NCBI GenBank assembly: GCA_903878275.1
Contig: CAIRHC010000006.1
Span: forward strand, 79,633 to 143,632
Length of the DNA: 64,000 nt
Reading direction: 5' to 3'
From: Candidatus Vogelbacteria bacterium
GTDB lineage: Bacteria > Patescibacteriota > Minisyncoccia > Phycocordibacterales > XYD1-FULL-46-19
Positions 28,782-37,789 of this stretch are shown here, piece by piece. Both the position numbers and the translations under genes were made by a program. The notes under the pieces were generated by a model. That model was given only the letters and a program-made list of their open reading frames with translations, had not been told where the DNA came from and did not search any database. Within the stretch, counting starts at the first letter, position 1; each line of letters begins with the position of its first letter.

Positions 28782-29153
28782 TCACCCAACTTTTTGTTTT
28801 ATATGATCAACTATTTCCGAAACTGGTATATTGGATTTGATAAAAAAATCTACAGCTCCAAGCTCGCGGGCTCGTTTCTCATCTTCAACTTGGCTTAAAT
28901 TTGTCAAAACAATCACCGGTGTTTTTATTTTTCTTTCTTTCAATCGCTCTAAAAAAGCAAAACCGTCCATCTTGGGCATCACCAGATCGCACAAGATAAA
29001 CGCGAAACTTTCTTTTTCTAACAACAAAAGCCCTTCTTCGCCATTTGGTACACTCGTCGCCTCAAAACCAGCATGGTTGAGCTTTAGCTCAAGAGCTCGG
29101 GCAAGCGGTTTCTCGTCCTCCAAAATCAAAATTTTCTTTGTCGTTGCTGGCAT
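28782..29153 (-). CDS. Stand-alone response-regulator receiver (PilH/CheY-like) leading the pilus operon
   Basis: ILILEDE...ILCDLVMPKMDG...; 123 aa. Confidence 0.7.
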   Translation of the reverse strand: MPATTKKILILEDEKPLARALELKLNHAGFEATSVPNGEEGLLLLEKESFAFILCDLVMPKMDGFAFLERLKERKIKTPVIVLTNLSQVEDEKRARELGAVDFFIKSNIPVSEIVDHIKQKVG

Positions 29154-29277
29154 ATTTTAGATACGTCTATTGTACCACAAGTTAAAAAATAGGTGCAATT
29201 TAATTATTCACAGAGAGACGAACATCTTCACAAAACGCAAAATAGCGCAAAGCAATTTGCTCTATTTTGTCGATTTG

Positions 29278-29349
29278 TGACTCTACAGGGAATCGAACCC
29301 TGATTACCGCCTTGAGAAGGCGACGTCCTAACCGTTAGACGATAGAGCC
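29278..29349 (-). tRNA. tRNA-Glu (anticodon CUC)
   Basis: Manually folded cloverleaf: acceptor stem 7 bp with one G-U, D-arm GTCT/GGAC, anticodon stem TCGCC/GGCGG, loop TTCTCAA, T-arm CAGGG-TTCGATT-CCCTG, discriminator A; CCA not encoded. Confidence 0.8.
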
Positions 29350-29567
29350 CTAATTAAATATTAAAATATATTAGCATTTTTTGAAAAAACCTGGTACTTG
29401 ACATATTCAAATGTTTGTTATATTATACCGAACAGAGTTCGAAACCGCCATCAGAGTGTGGGAGTAGAGCATTTGTCAAAAGCTGGCTCGAGGTCACGCC
29501 TCGATTGTCTGGTCATGCCAGAGTCAAGTCAGCCATCGCACCTCACGGGTGCAGAATGGAGTTTGTT

Positions 29568-30167
29568 ATGAATAAGAATAAGTTAGGAGTTTGTTTTATG
29601 TTCGTTTCGGCAGTCTCATTTGGGGTATTCTTATGGAATGCCGACACAGCAGACCTCTACAAAACGGCAATGGTCATCGGAATGATGACGGTGGCGATGG
29701 TTTGCCTAAAAGCCGATTTGTGGATCAAAAAACAAAAAGAAAACAAGCGCCTAGAGGCAAGGGTGAGGCGTGAGGAAATGCTACGAACATTACCACAACT
29801 CACCATTGGCGTTTTTCTTCAAATCGTTGAGATTGATTTGGGTTGGGTGAAAGATCAAGAAATCTTTTTACCCGATGAAGATTTTGCCGATATGGAATTG
29901 ATTGGCCACACGTTCTGTTCAATCCTTGATCACTGCAATTTGGATCCAAGGAAGCTATCAGAATGCCTTGTCGAGAAGTATGACGAGAGGACGACAGAAG
30001 ATTTCCTTATTGGAATGACATCGGGCTCAAAAAACCCGGAAATAATGTTATCGATAGAGGAGATAAGAAAAACCTGTGCTAGCATAATAGCGGAAAAGCA
30101 CCGGTTGTCAGTAATCTCTGCCGGCTTAAAAGCCGCCGGGGTTAAAAAACCCCAAACACTAATTTAG
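29568..30167 (+). CDS. Hypothetical membrane protein in a GC-elevated segment
   Basis: ORF with two predicted N-terminal TM helices; the ORF track starts at 29415 but that upstream part is GC-rich with small hairpins; start uncertain. Confidence 0.4.
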   Translation: MNKNKLGVCFMFVSAVSFGVFLWNADTADLYKTAMVIGMMTVAMVCLKADLWIKKQKENKRLEARVRREEMLRTLPQLTIGVFLQIVEIDLGWVKDQEIFLPDEDFADMELIGHTFCSILDHCNLDPRKLSECLVEKYDERTTEDFLIGMTSGSKNPEIMLSIEEIRKTCASIIAEKHRLSVISAGLKAAGVKKPQTLI

Positions 30168-30180
30168 TTTTAGACAGAAC

Positions 30181-30219
30181 AGGGCGTCGCGATGACACAT
30201 CGCGACGCCCTTTAATTTT
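30181..30219. terminator. Bidirectional terminator (gggcgtcgcgatg-aca-catcgcgacgccc)
   Basis: 13-bp perfect stem with T-rich flanks; lies between the convergent hypothetical gene and murF. Confidence 0.6.
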
Positions 30220-30224
30220 AAAAT

Positions 30225-31535
30225 TTATTTTTTGGACCACTCTTTTTCTTGTCTGACCAGAAGTTTTTCGCGATTTTCTGGCTGTGCCATTATTTCCAAA
30301 ACCACTTTTTCCATTCGCATTGATTGGGAACCTTTGACAAAAATTAAATCGCCCGCTTTTATTTTATTTTGCAAATAAGCACCGGCTTGTACCGAATCAT
30401 CAAAATGTTTCATTTTGTTTTCCGAAAAATTTTTTTCGCGCAAGACCTCATCGGTAAATTTTGTCCGCAGGCCAACAGTGATGACTTCGTCGCAAATCTT
30501 GGCACATAATTCACCGACTTTTTTGTGCGCTTCGACGGTATGTTTACCAAGCTCCAGCATATCACCCAAAACCGCCCATTTCTTTCCTTTGGTTTCTAAT
30601 TTTTCTAATGACAACAGACCAGCTTCCATCGCCGCCGGTGAGGCATTGTAAGTATCATCAAGAATTATCGTATCCTTAATTCCGGCTAAAATACGCAAGC
30701 GCCCCGCTGGCGGTTCGTAGCTAGAAATCGAATCAACCAGCGAAATCATATTGATGCCGAGAGAATTTCCCACCGCAATCGCCGCCAAGATCGGATAGAT
30801 CTGGTGATTGCCGATGACTCCATTTACTTTGACCGGCAAATTTTTACCATTGTGGTCAACTTTAAAAGTAAAACCTTTGGGCACTTTTGACTCAAGCTCA
30901 TCGGTATAAAAAATATGTTCTTGCGAGGCAATAAAATCACTTTTTGCATCAAAGCCATAAGTAATCACATTCGCTTTTAACTCCGACAAAAACCCACGAG
31001 AATTTGGATCGTCATAATTTATCACCACCGTCCCCTTGTCGGAAACCGAGCGGATCAAAGACATTTTTTCTTCAATCACTTCATCTTTCGATTTGAAAAA
31101 TTCAATATGCACCGGCACATCAGGTAAATAAGTCAGCACGGCAATATCAAACTTGACCCATTCAGTGACACTTTTTATATCATTCGGCTTATCGGCGCCA
31201 ATTTCCAAAACCAGCCACTCTGGATATTTATGCTTAAAAATAATCAACTTCAGACCGTAAAAAATAATTTCGAGCCAACCAAAAATATCATTCCACGCCG
31301 AACCGCAACCCAAAATCGTCAACGGTAAACCAAATTCACTGTTATAACTTTTTTCACTCTTGACGGTAAAAAAGTGCGGGCTCAAAACTTGATGAATCGC
31401 ATCTTTGGTCGATGTCTTGCCGACGCTACCGGTCACACCAATAATCTTCGGTTGGTATTTTTTTAGTACCAGTTTCGCCTCAAATTTTAGAATATAAATA
31501 ATTATTGACTTAAATATTTGTTTTATTGTAGACAT
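30225..31535 (-). CDS. murF: UDP-N-acetylmuramoyl-tripeptide--D-alanyl-D-alanine ligase
   Basis: Mur ligase P-loop GVTGSVGKTSTK, middle and C-terminal domains (DDTYNASP...GDMLELG). Confidence 0.8.
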   Translation of the reverse strand: MSTIKQIFKSIIIYILKFEAKLVLKKYQPKIIGVTGSVGKTSTKDAIHQVLSPHFFTVKSEKSYNSEFGLPLTILGCGSAWNDIFGWLEIIFYGLKLIIFKHKYPEWLVLEIGADKPNDIKSVTEWVKFDIAVLTYLPDVPVHIEFFKSKDEVIEEKMSLIRSVSDKGTVVINYDDPNSRGFLSELKANVITYGFDAKSDFIASQEHIFYTDELESKVPKGFTFKVDHNGKNLPVKVNGVIGNHQIYPILAAIAVGNSLGINMISLVDSISSYEPPAGRLRILAGIKDTIILDDTYNASPAAMEAGLLSLEKLETKGKKWAVLGDMLELGKHTVEAHKKVGELCAKICDEVITVGLRTKFTDEVLREKNFSENKMKHFDDSVQAGAYLQNKIKAGDLIFVKGSQSMRMEKVVLEIMAQPENREKLLVRQEKEWSKK

Positions 31536-31652
31536 GATTTAAAATTTAAACAACAAAATGTAGGGCCACAATGCAAAATCTTAAAATTTAGGAAAATTAT
31601 TTTTTAATTTTTTATCTGTCATTTTACATTTTGATTTTTGCATTTTGCATTA

Positions 31653-33362
31653 TTACCGATCCGGTGGTACTTGATAATAATTGATTAAAAACTTGGTGGT
31701 ATCCATAAACGGCTCGGTCAAGGTCTCCGAAGCATATTTCACATTCTTAGGATACAACATATACATAAAAATTAAAAATCTGGGGTTGTAAGATGGAAAA
31801 TAACCGAAAAATGAGTGTAGGTAGCGATCTTCATAATAACCACCGCCATTGGGATTGGACATTTGTGCCGTACCAGTCTTGGCGGCAACTGAATAATGTT
31901 CAAGCTTGGCTTTACCGCCGGCTAATTTTGTATCGACAACTGTCGTGAGCATTTTGCTTATTTTGGCACTAGTTTCTTTGGTCAGAACTTGGCGAATTAT
32001 TTTTGGCTTAACATCACGAGAAATTTTATTTAGATATTCAATTTTTTTAACAATATGTGGCTCAATTAAATTGCCACCATTTCCAAGTGTACACAAAGCT
32101 CGAGTCATTTCGATTGGCGAAAGAGCAATACCTTGCCCAAAAGACGCGGTCGCCGACTCTACTTCACGCGAGCTATTCAAAAAATTTCGTAAATCACCAG
32201 ACACTTCACCAGGCAAATCAATACCCGTCTTTTCGTTCAAACCATACGCCAACATATATTTCTTGAATTTTTCTTTACCAATTTTTTGTTCGACAAAAGT
32301 CGCACCGAGGTTTAAAGATTGATTCAAAACCTCTTGAACCGGAACGACTCCACGAGCTTTCAAGTCATAATTACAAATCTTTTTCGTATTTAAGGTGATA
32401 CAACCAGTATCGTTATAAGTGGTTTTTTCGGTTATTGCCCCAGAATCAAGACCCGCCGCCACGGTAAGTGGTTTAACAATCGAACCCATTTCATAGGTAC
32501 TTTGCACCATCGGATTGATTAGAGCCGAAATATCTTTTTGTTTTTCGCCCGGATCAAAATCTGGTAAATAGGCCATTGAAAAAATCTCACCGGTTTTTGG
32601 ATCAATGATTACCCCACCCACACCATCCGCTTGCCACTTTTCTTTTACCTGACTAAGTTGTTTTTCAAAAAACTTTTGCACCGACGGTTCGATAGTTGTG
32701 GTAATATTTGCTTCCGCATTATCCTGCTTATCAACCAGCACCTTACTCAACCCAGAAAAAATTTCAACGAAAAAATTTGCAAAAGACATTTCTTCTTTTC
32801 GCGACAACATTTCGTTATAATATTTTTCCAAACCATAGCGCCCTTCATAATCATTACCCTTATACCCCATTATTCCGACCACGTGACAAGCGCTCCGTCC
32901 TCCCGGATAAAATCTTAATTTTTGCTCATAAACCAAAACACCTTTAATTTTTAATTTAGTAATTAAATCGGCTTTGTCTTGTTCTACCTTAGTGGCAATT
33001 TCTTCATAAGGATCGTTTAACTTGGTCGCTTTTTTAATAAATTCATCTTTGTCGAGAGGAATTATTGCCACCAAGCTAGTGTAAGCTTTTTCTGGTTCTT
33101 TAAGCATCGCAGGGTTGATCGCTACGATATAGGCGGTTTTCAAAGTCGCCAAAGAAATTTGCTGATTATCTTTGGTCAAAGAAAAAATTTTCCCCCGATC
33201 AAAAATATTGGTGCTAGGTTTTAAATACTGACGATCAGCTTGACCGACATAATAATCGTGTTTGATAATTTGAATAAAAAATAAGCGTGCGACAAAAAAT
33301 ATCACAACCAAAAAAATTATTACCGCCAAAAAACGAATACGAAAAATAGCGCTAGATTTCAT
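31653..33362 (-). CDS. ftsI: Penicillin-binding protein / transpeptidase (FtsI-like)
   Basis: N-terminal TM, dimerisation domain, transpeptidase with SxxK (STYEMGSIVKP), SxN, KTG(T) (AKTGTAQ). Confidence 0.75.
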   Translation of the reverse strand: MKSSAIFRIRFLAVIIFLVVIFFVARLFFIQIIKHDYYVGQADRQYLKPSTNIFDRGKIFSLTKDNQQISLATLKTAYIVAINPAMLKEPEKAYTSLVAIIPLDKDEFIKKATKLNDPYEEIATKVEQDKADLITKLKIKGVLVYEQKLRFYPGGRSACHVVGIMGYKGNDYEGRYGLEKYYNEMLSRKEEMSFANFFVEIFSGLSKVLVDKQDNAEANITTTIEPSVQKFFEKQLSQVKEKWQADGVGGVIIDPKTGEIFSMAYLPDFDPGEKQKDISALINPMVQSTYEMGSIVKPLTVAAGLDSGAITEKTTYNDTGCITLNTKKICNYDLKARGVVPVQEVLNQSLNLGATFVEQKIGKEKFKKYMLAYGLNEKTGIDLPGEVSGDLRNFLNSSREVESATASFGQGIALSPIEMTRALCTLGNGGNLIEPHIVKKIEYLNKISRDVKPKIIRQVLTKETSAKISKMLTTVVDTKLAGGKAKLEHYSVAAKTGTAQMSNPNGGGYYEDRYLHSFFGYFPSYNPRFLIFMYMLYPKNVKYASETLTEPFMDTTKFLINYYQVPPDR

Positions 33363-33681
33363 TTTTTACAGCAACTAAGCCGGTCGCCGATTGGTCTAAT
33401 ACGGCATAAGTTGTACTTTTTGAGGCATCAACAAATCCAAGCTTGATCGCGTAATCCATATTTACTTCACCCAATTTATCAAGATATGAAGATTCCAAAA
33501 AAGAGACTTCGGCTTCCATTTCACTCATTTTGTTCTCGTTGTTTTTTCTCAAAGCAATATTTGAAACCGAGTCGTTAATTAAATAAACATAGAGACCAGA
33601 CGAAAACACAATCGCCACCACTAAAAACCAGAAAATTCCGGTTGGTAGTTTTTTAATTAATGTGTTTTTGTTGTTCATCAT
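33352..33681 (-). CDS. ftsL: Cell-division protein FtsL-like (small bitopic protein)
   Basis: 109 aa with a single TM plus a periplasmic coiled coil, in the position between rsmH and ftsI. Confidence 0.45.
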   Translation of the reverse strand: MMNNKNTLIKKLPTGIFWFLVVAIVFSSGLYVYLINDSVSNIALRKNNENKMSEMEAEVSFLESSYLDKLGEVNMDYAIKLGFVDASKSTTYAVLDQSATGLVAVKNEI

Positions 33682-33698
33682 TTTTAAAAATATTAGCT

Positions 33699-34592
33699 TT
33701 ATGATATTTTTTTGAAAACCCGCAATTGAGCACTTCGCGACCGAGGATTATTTTTTATTTCCTCCAGATCAGGTTTGATAACTTTTTTGTTTAACTTTTC
33801 CGCTTCACCGATTTTTTCTTTGTCTTTAATAAAATCTTTAACAATTCGCGCCTCCAAACTATGAAATGAAATAACGCCGATTCGCCCACCTACCGCCAGC
33901 TTATTCCACGCCCCAGCGAGACCAGCTTTTATTGCTCCCAATTCGTCGTTGACTGTAATCCGTAAAGCCTGAAAAGTTTTGGTGGCAAAGTGAGTTTTTC
34001 TTTTCTGTTCGGAAATCGGTATCACACTTTTAATTATTTCCACCAAATCCGCCGTGGTCTTTATTTTCTGTTTCAGTCTGGCTTCGGCTATTGCTTGGGC
34101 AATTTTTCGCGCTCGCCTTTCTTCGCCGTAACCGTAAATAATGTCTGCCAAATTTTTTTCTTCCCAAGTATTGACAATCTCTTCGGCGGTTAAAGTCTCC
34201 GGTGTAATTTGATCGGACAAGGTCATCAGCAGTGGTTCATCTTTTTGAAAAGAAAACCCGCGACCAGACTCGTCCATTTGCTCTGAATTAAATCCAAAAT
34301 CAAACAAGGCAACATTTATCTGATCAATTTTTTCGTCAGTCAAGATTTGTTCAACATTTCGGAAATTTCCTAATTTCAAAATCTTTTTCGCCGGGCATTC
34401 AGCCAAATTAATTTTAGCTTTCGCTAACGCCCCACTATCTTGATCAATGCCGATAAGCAAACCAGTTTCGCCCAACTTGGCACAAATTTCTTTTGAGTGT
34501 CCGCCAAGACCAAGCGTCGCATCAAGAACCGTATCCCCTTTTTGGATATCCAAACCCTCAATTGTCGGTTGTAAAAGAACAGGAATGTGCAT
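33699..34592 (-). CDS. rsmH: 16S rRNA (cytosine1402-N4)-methyltransferase
   Basis: MHIPVLL...DATLGLGGHS... Confidence 0.85.
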   Translation of the reverse strand: MHIPVLLQPTIEGLDIQKGDTVLDATLGLGGHSKEICAKLGETGLLIGIDQDSGALAKAKINLAECPAKKILKLGNFRNVEQILTDEKIDQINVALFDFGFNSEQMDESGRGFSFQKDEPLLMTLSDQITPETLTAEEIVNTWEEKNLADIIYGYGEERRARKIAQAIAEARLKQKIKTTADLVEIIKSVIPISEQKRKTHFATKTFQALRITVNDELGAIKAGLAGAWNKLAVGGRIGVISFHSLEARIVKDFIKDKEKIGEAEKLNKKVIKPDLEEIKNNPRSRSAQLRVFKKIS

Positions 34593-34593
34593 C

Positions 34594-35025
34594 TTAAAAT
34601 GCTCCGATGGCGGACAACTGCTCGGCCAAAACGTCAGCTTGCTTTTCTACCTTATCGATATGTTCCTTCCAGCATTTCTCATCCCAGATTTCCATTCGGC
34701 TATTCAAGCCCACGATCACCACTCGACTTTTCAGATTGGCATAATCTTTCAGCTGATCAGCAATTAAAATTCTTCCCATCGCATCAATCTCCACTTCATA
34801 GGCACTACCAAAGAAAAAACGTCCGAAATCTCTTGAACTAGACTGTGTCATCGGCAAATCCATTTGTTCGGAAATTTTCTTCCAACCCTCAAGAGTGTAA
34901 GCAATCAAACAATTATCCAAGCCTTTGGTAACAACAATTTTTTTGCCAACTTCTTTACGAAAACTCGCCGGCATTGAAATGCGTTTCTTGTCATCTATGA
35001 CATGTCTAAATTCACCAATAAGCAT
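34594..35025 (-). CDS. mraZ: Transcriptional regulator MraZ
   Basis: MLIGEF...DDKKRISMP... and a second SpoVT/AbrB-like half. Confidence 0.85.
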   Translation of the reverse strand: MLIGEFRHVIDDKKRISMPASFRKEVGKKIVVTKGLDNCLIAYTLEGWKKISEQMDLPMTQSSSRDFGRFFFGSAYEVEIDAMGRILIADQLKDYANLKSRVVIVGLNSRMEIWDEKCWKEHIDKVEKQADVLAEQLSAIGAF

Positions 35026-35243
35026 AATGATTGTTTAATTGAAGGAAATAAGTGGCACCACCCACTTCATCCCACAACATAGACATTTTACCCCACTCTG
35101 TACCATTAAACAACAAGTAAGACTGTGGATAACCCTTAAAAAATTAAGATTTTTTAAGGAGCAGTGGCCTTTTTATGGCCATAACCGAAAAACACCCCTT
35201 TTGGAGTGTTTTTCAGGTTAATCAGCCTACATATTGCAGTTGT

Positions 35244-35930
35244 TTAAGCTTTTAATCTTTTGACTTTAAGCTCTCGCAAAGCATCACCAGCGACCCATCT
35301 CGCTGACCTAGAATCCATTTTGGCAATTTCTTCGCCGAGTTTTATCGCTTCTTTTTGCAGGTTTTTATTTCGCTTACCAATCTGGCGCAATGCCCAATTG
35401 ACCGCTTTTCTCACATAATTTCTTTCATCTATCGCTTCGCGTTTTATTATAGGGAAAAAAGCCACGAAATCTTTATCTGCCATCGCTTTATTGTGTACCG
35501 CCAGTCCTGCCATCAAAGTAAAAGCCGAGCGTTTTACATATTCTCTTTTATCTTTCGCCCATTTGGGAATTTTCGCAAAAACAATTTCGGTGCGATCGAA
35601 TAAATTATTACAGACCATATCGCAAACATCCCAAGAATCAAATCCGCCCACCCATTCTTCCATTTGTTTACTCGTAACCAATTTGGGGTCATCCAAAAAA
35701 CCAGCTAGCAATCTCGCTTCATGAATTTCACTTTCCCATAATTCTTGTGCGACCTTATGCCGATCTTTCGCCAAAAAATCTTTTTTGAAAACTTTTGCCA
35801 TTTTTCGTAAAGTCGGAATATTCGGTCCGCCTAAAACATTTTTACCAGTAATGCCAAACCGTGCCATCCCTGCGATATTTTTCACATTTTTATATTTCTT
35901 CAATTCAGCGATTATCTTTTTTGTTTCCAT
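35244..35930 (-). CDS. DNA alkylation repair enzyme (AlkD/AlkC HEAT-like repeat family)
   Basis: HEAT-like repeats with a ...ARFGI.GKNVLG... match to the DNA_alkylation family. Confidence 0.6.
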   Translation of the reverse strand: METKKIIAELKKYKNVKNIAGMARFGITGKNVLGGPNIPTLRKMAKVFKKDFLAKDRHKVAQELWESEIHEARLLAGFLDDPKLVTSKQMEEWVGGFDSWDVCDMVCNNLFDRTEIVFAKIPKWAKDKREYVKRSAFTLMAGLAVHNKAMADKDFVAFFPIIKREAIDERNYVRKAVNWALRQIGKRNKNLQKEAIKLGEEIAKMDSRSARWVAGDALRELKVKRLKA

Positions 35931-35942
35931 TTTATTTTACAT

Positions 35943-35969
35943 CTTATCAAGGACTCCCCTTGATATTTT
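35943..35969. repeat. Copy 2 of the 28-bp palindromic dispersed repeat
   Basis: cttatcaaggactccccttgatatttta in the intergenic space between the alkD-like gene and the GH18 gene. Confidence 0.7.
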
Positions 35970-35988
35970 AAGCAAGGTGCGACCTTGA

Positions 35989-37059
35989 CTATTTAAACAC
36001 GGACCAAAGATTTGCTTCACTCTCACCATCAACTCGAAACAACGCCACGCCTTTCAGATTGTATTGTTTAGCCAACGCAACTTTTTGGGCAATCGCCACA
36101 CTATCCGAAAACCAAACAAGTCTAGTCTTGCCATCTTTGACATAAGTAAAAGATAATTCACCGGCATTGTTGCGAGTCGGTGTCGCTCCGACACTTTTCG
36201 CCAAATCCATCGCACCCTTATAACTCAAACTTCGTAATTTTGTATAATCATAAAAAGTTCGCTTGTCAGTAACCTCATATTCATAACCATAATTCGCCAC
36301 ACCTAAAACTATTTTACTGCGACTAATATTAATTCCGGAATAAGTGGCAACTTTTTTTACAAAATCCACATCAGCTACCGGCGCATAATAACCGCCCAAT
36401 CTTTTTGTTTTGTTTAATTTTATATCAATCGTCATTTGGTCGTAAGCCATAATTCGTACTTCATCACAATACTGATTTATCTTTTTGTAATCATTGGCAT
36501 ACTCAATTTCTTCTGGCACAACCAAAAACCGCGAGGTCGGTGGCAACCTTGGCTCAATCGTACAAACAAGAGTCTTTTTTGTCTTTTTTAATTCTTTCGA
36601 TAAATCACGGAGAAAAACACCGAAATTAGTAAAACTTTCAACTTTCTTGTTCTCATAGTCAATATCGATACCAGCAAAATTATTTGTATTTACAATTTTA
36701 CTAATCGCCTTGATGTGAGCGTCACGCGTTGTTTTTTTAGACAAAACCTTCAAAATAGACGCGCCGTCAAACCAAGCAATCGTCGGAATAATTTTTACTT
36801 TATTTATTTTAGCTGTGGCAATAAGACTAACCCATGGCTCGACACCAACCTTCATCGTATCTTTTATTGTGCCATCAGCATTTACCTCGTAAGAAAATGG
36901 ACTGATCGTTTTGAGTTTTTTAATATTCGCTTGTGTCTCTGGTACTGCCACCGTTTTTTTCCAATACGGAATCCACACCGAATATTCGAGATTCTTAGTT
37001 GCCGACCAAGACAAGATTGGTAAAAACAAAACAAACAAAACCAAGATTGTTTTCTTCAT
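35989..37059 (-). CDS. Secreted glycoside hydrolase family 18 (chitinase/peptidoglycan-hydrolase-like)
   Basis: Signal peptide; GH18 catalytic motif FAGIDIDYE (DxxDxDxE). Confidence 0.6.
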   Translation of the reverse strand: MKKTILVLFVLFLPILSWSATKNLEYSVWIPYWKKTVAVPETQANIKKLKTISPFSYEVNADGTIKDTMKVGVEPWVSLIATAKINKVKIIPTIAWFDGASILKVLSKKTTRDAHIKAISKIVNTNNFAGIDIDYENKKVESFTNFGVFLRDLSKELKKTKKTLVCTIEPRLPPTSRFLVVPEEIEYANDYKKINQYCDEVRIMAYDQMTIDIKLNKTKRLGGYYAPVADVDFVKKVATYSGINISRSKIVLGVANYGYEYEVTDKRTFYDYTKLRSLSYKGAMDLAKSVGATPTRNNAGELSFTYVKDGKTRLVWFSDSVAIAQKVALAKQYNLKGVALFRVDGESEANLWSVFK

Positions 37060-37105
37060 AAAACAATCTTAGCAAAAAATCAACAATTTTTCCAACCTAA
37101 AAAAA

Positions 37106-37753
37106 TTACAAAGTAACCGCGCGTTCTTCAATCAACTTTTTGACCGTTTCTTGTAGGTTGAAAGTTTTAGTAATATTTTCTACCAAAAATTCGCCAGTAA
37201 AAACTTTTCTAATTTGATCTTTTAGTTGCTCGGAAGAAATAGTTGATTCGCCATCAGAACCTAAAACCGAGCCAAAATTATCAAGAACTTTGAAAAGCTC
37301 TAAAAAATCTTTCGCCTTTTCAATGGCTTCTTGTTTTTGTTCTAAACCGGAAGCTTCACCCATTTTGGACAAATCTAGTTTGGTCTGAAAATACTCAACC
37401 AAATTAAAACCGCACCAACCGCAAAAATTTCCTTTGCGCGGAGTCGGCTTACCACAGCTAGGGCAAGGTATTTCCGCCGAAGCTTCTTTTTCCACGACTT
37501 CTGGCTTTTCTTCAATTTTGGCTATTACTGGCAAAGGCGCGGGTTCTTCTTTGGGCAAAAGAGTTTCTGTTTCAATTGGTTCGACTTGTTCCTCTTTGGT
37601 TGGCTCCATTTGCTTTTTTTTCAAAGCTTCCAATTTTTCTTTCAACGCCATTTCTCCTTCTTGCAATTGCCTCAACATATCCAATTTCTTCTGTTGAAGT
37701 TGAGATTCTTTTTCGTTGTCATCAACATTTTTTTGTTCATTTTGTTCATCCAT
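37106..37753 (-). CDS. Hypothetical Glu/Lys-rich coiled-coil protein with a zinc ribbon
   Basis: CPSCGKPTPRKGNFCGWCG zinc-ribbon motif in the middle of a highly charged protein. Confidence 0.4.
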   Translation of the reverse strand: MDEQNEQKNVDDNEKESQLQQKKLDMLRQLQEGEMALKEKLEALKKKQMEPTKEEQVEPIETETLLPKEEPAPLPVIAKIEEKPEVVEKEASAEIPCPSCGKPTPRKGNFCGWCGFNLVEYFQTKLDLSKMGEASGLEQKQEAIEKAKDFLELFKVLDNFGSVLGSDGESTISSEQLKDQIRKVFTGEFLVENITKTFNLQETVKKLIEERAVTL

Positions 37754-37789
37754 AGTTTTGAAAAATATTTACTAATTTTGATAAAAAAT

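Noticed and set aside
31560-31640. The inverted repeat atgcaaaatc ... gattttgcat between ftsI and murF as a regulatory element
   Set aside because: The arms are AT-rich and about 45 nt apart in a 117-nt AT-rich spacer. Sequence alone gives too little support; it is noted only as a possible weak hairpin.
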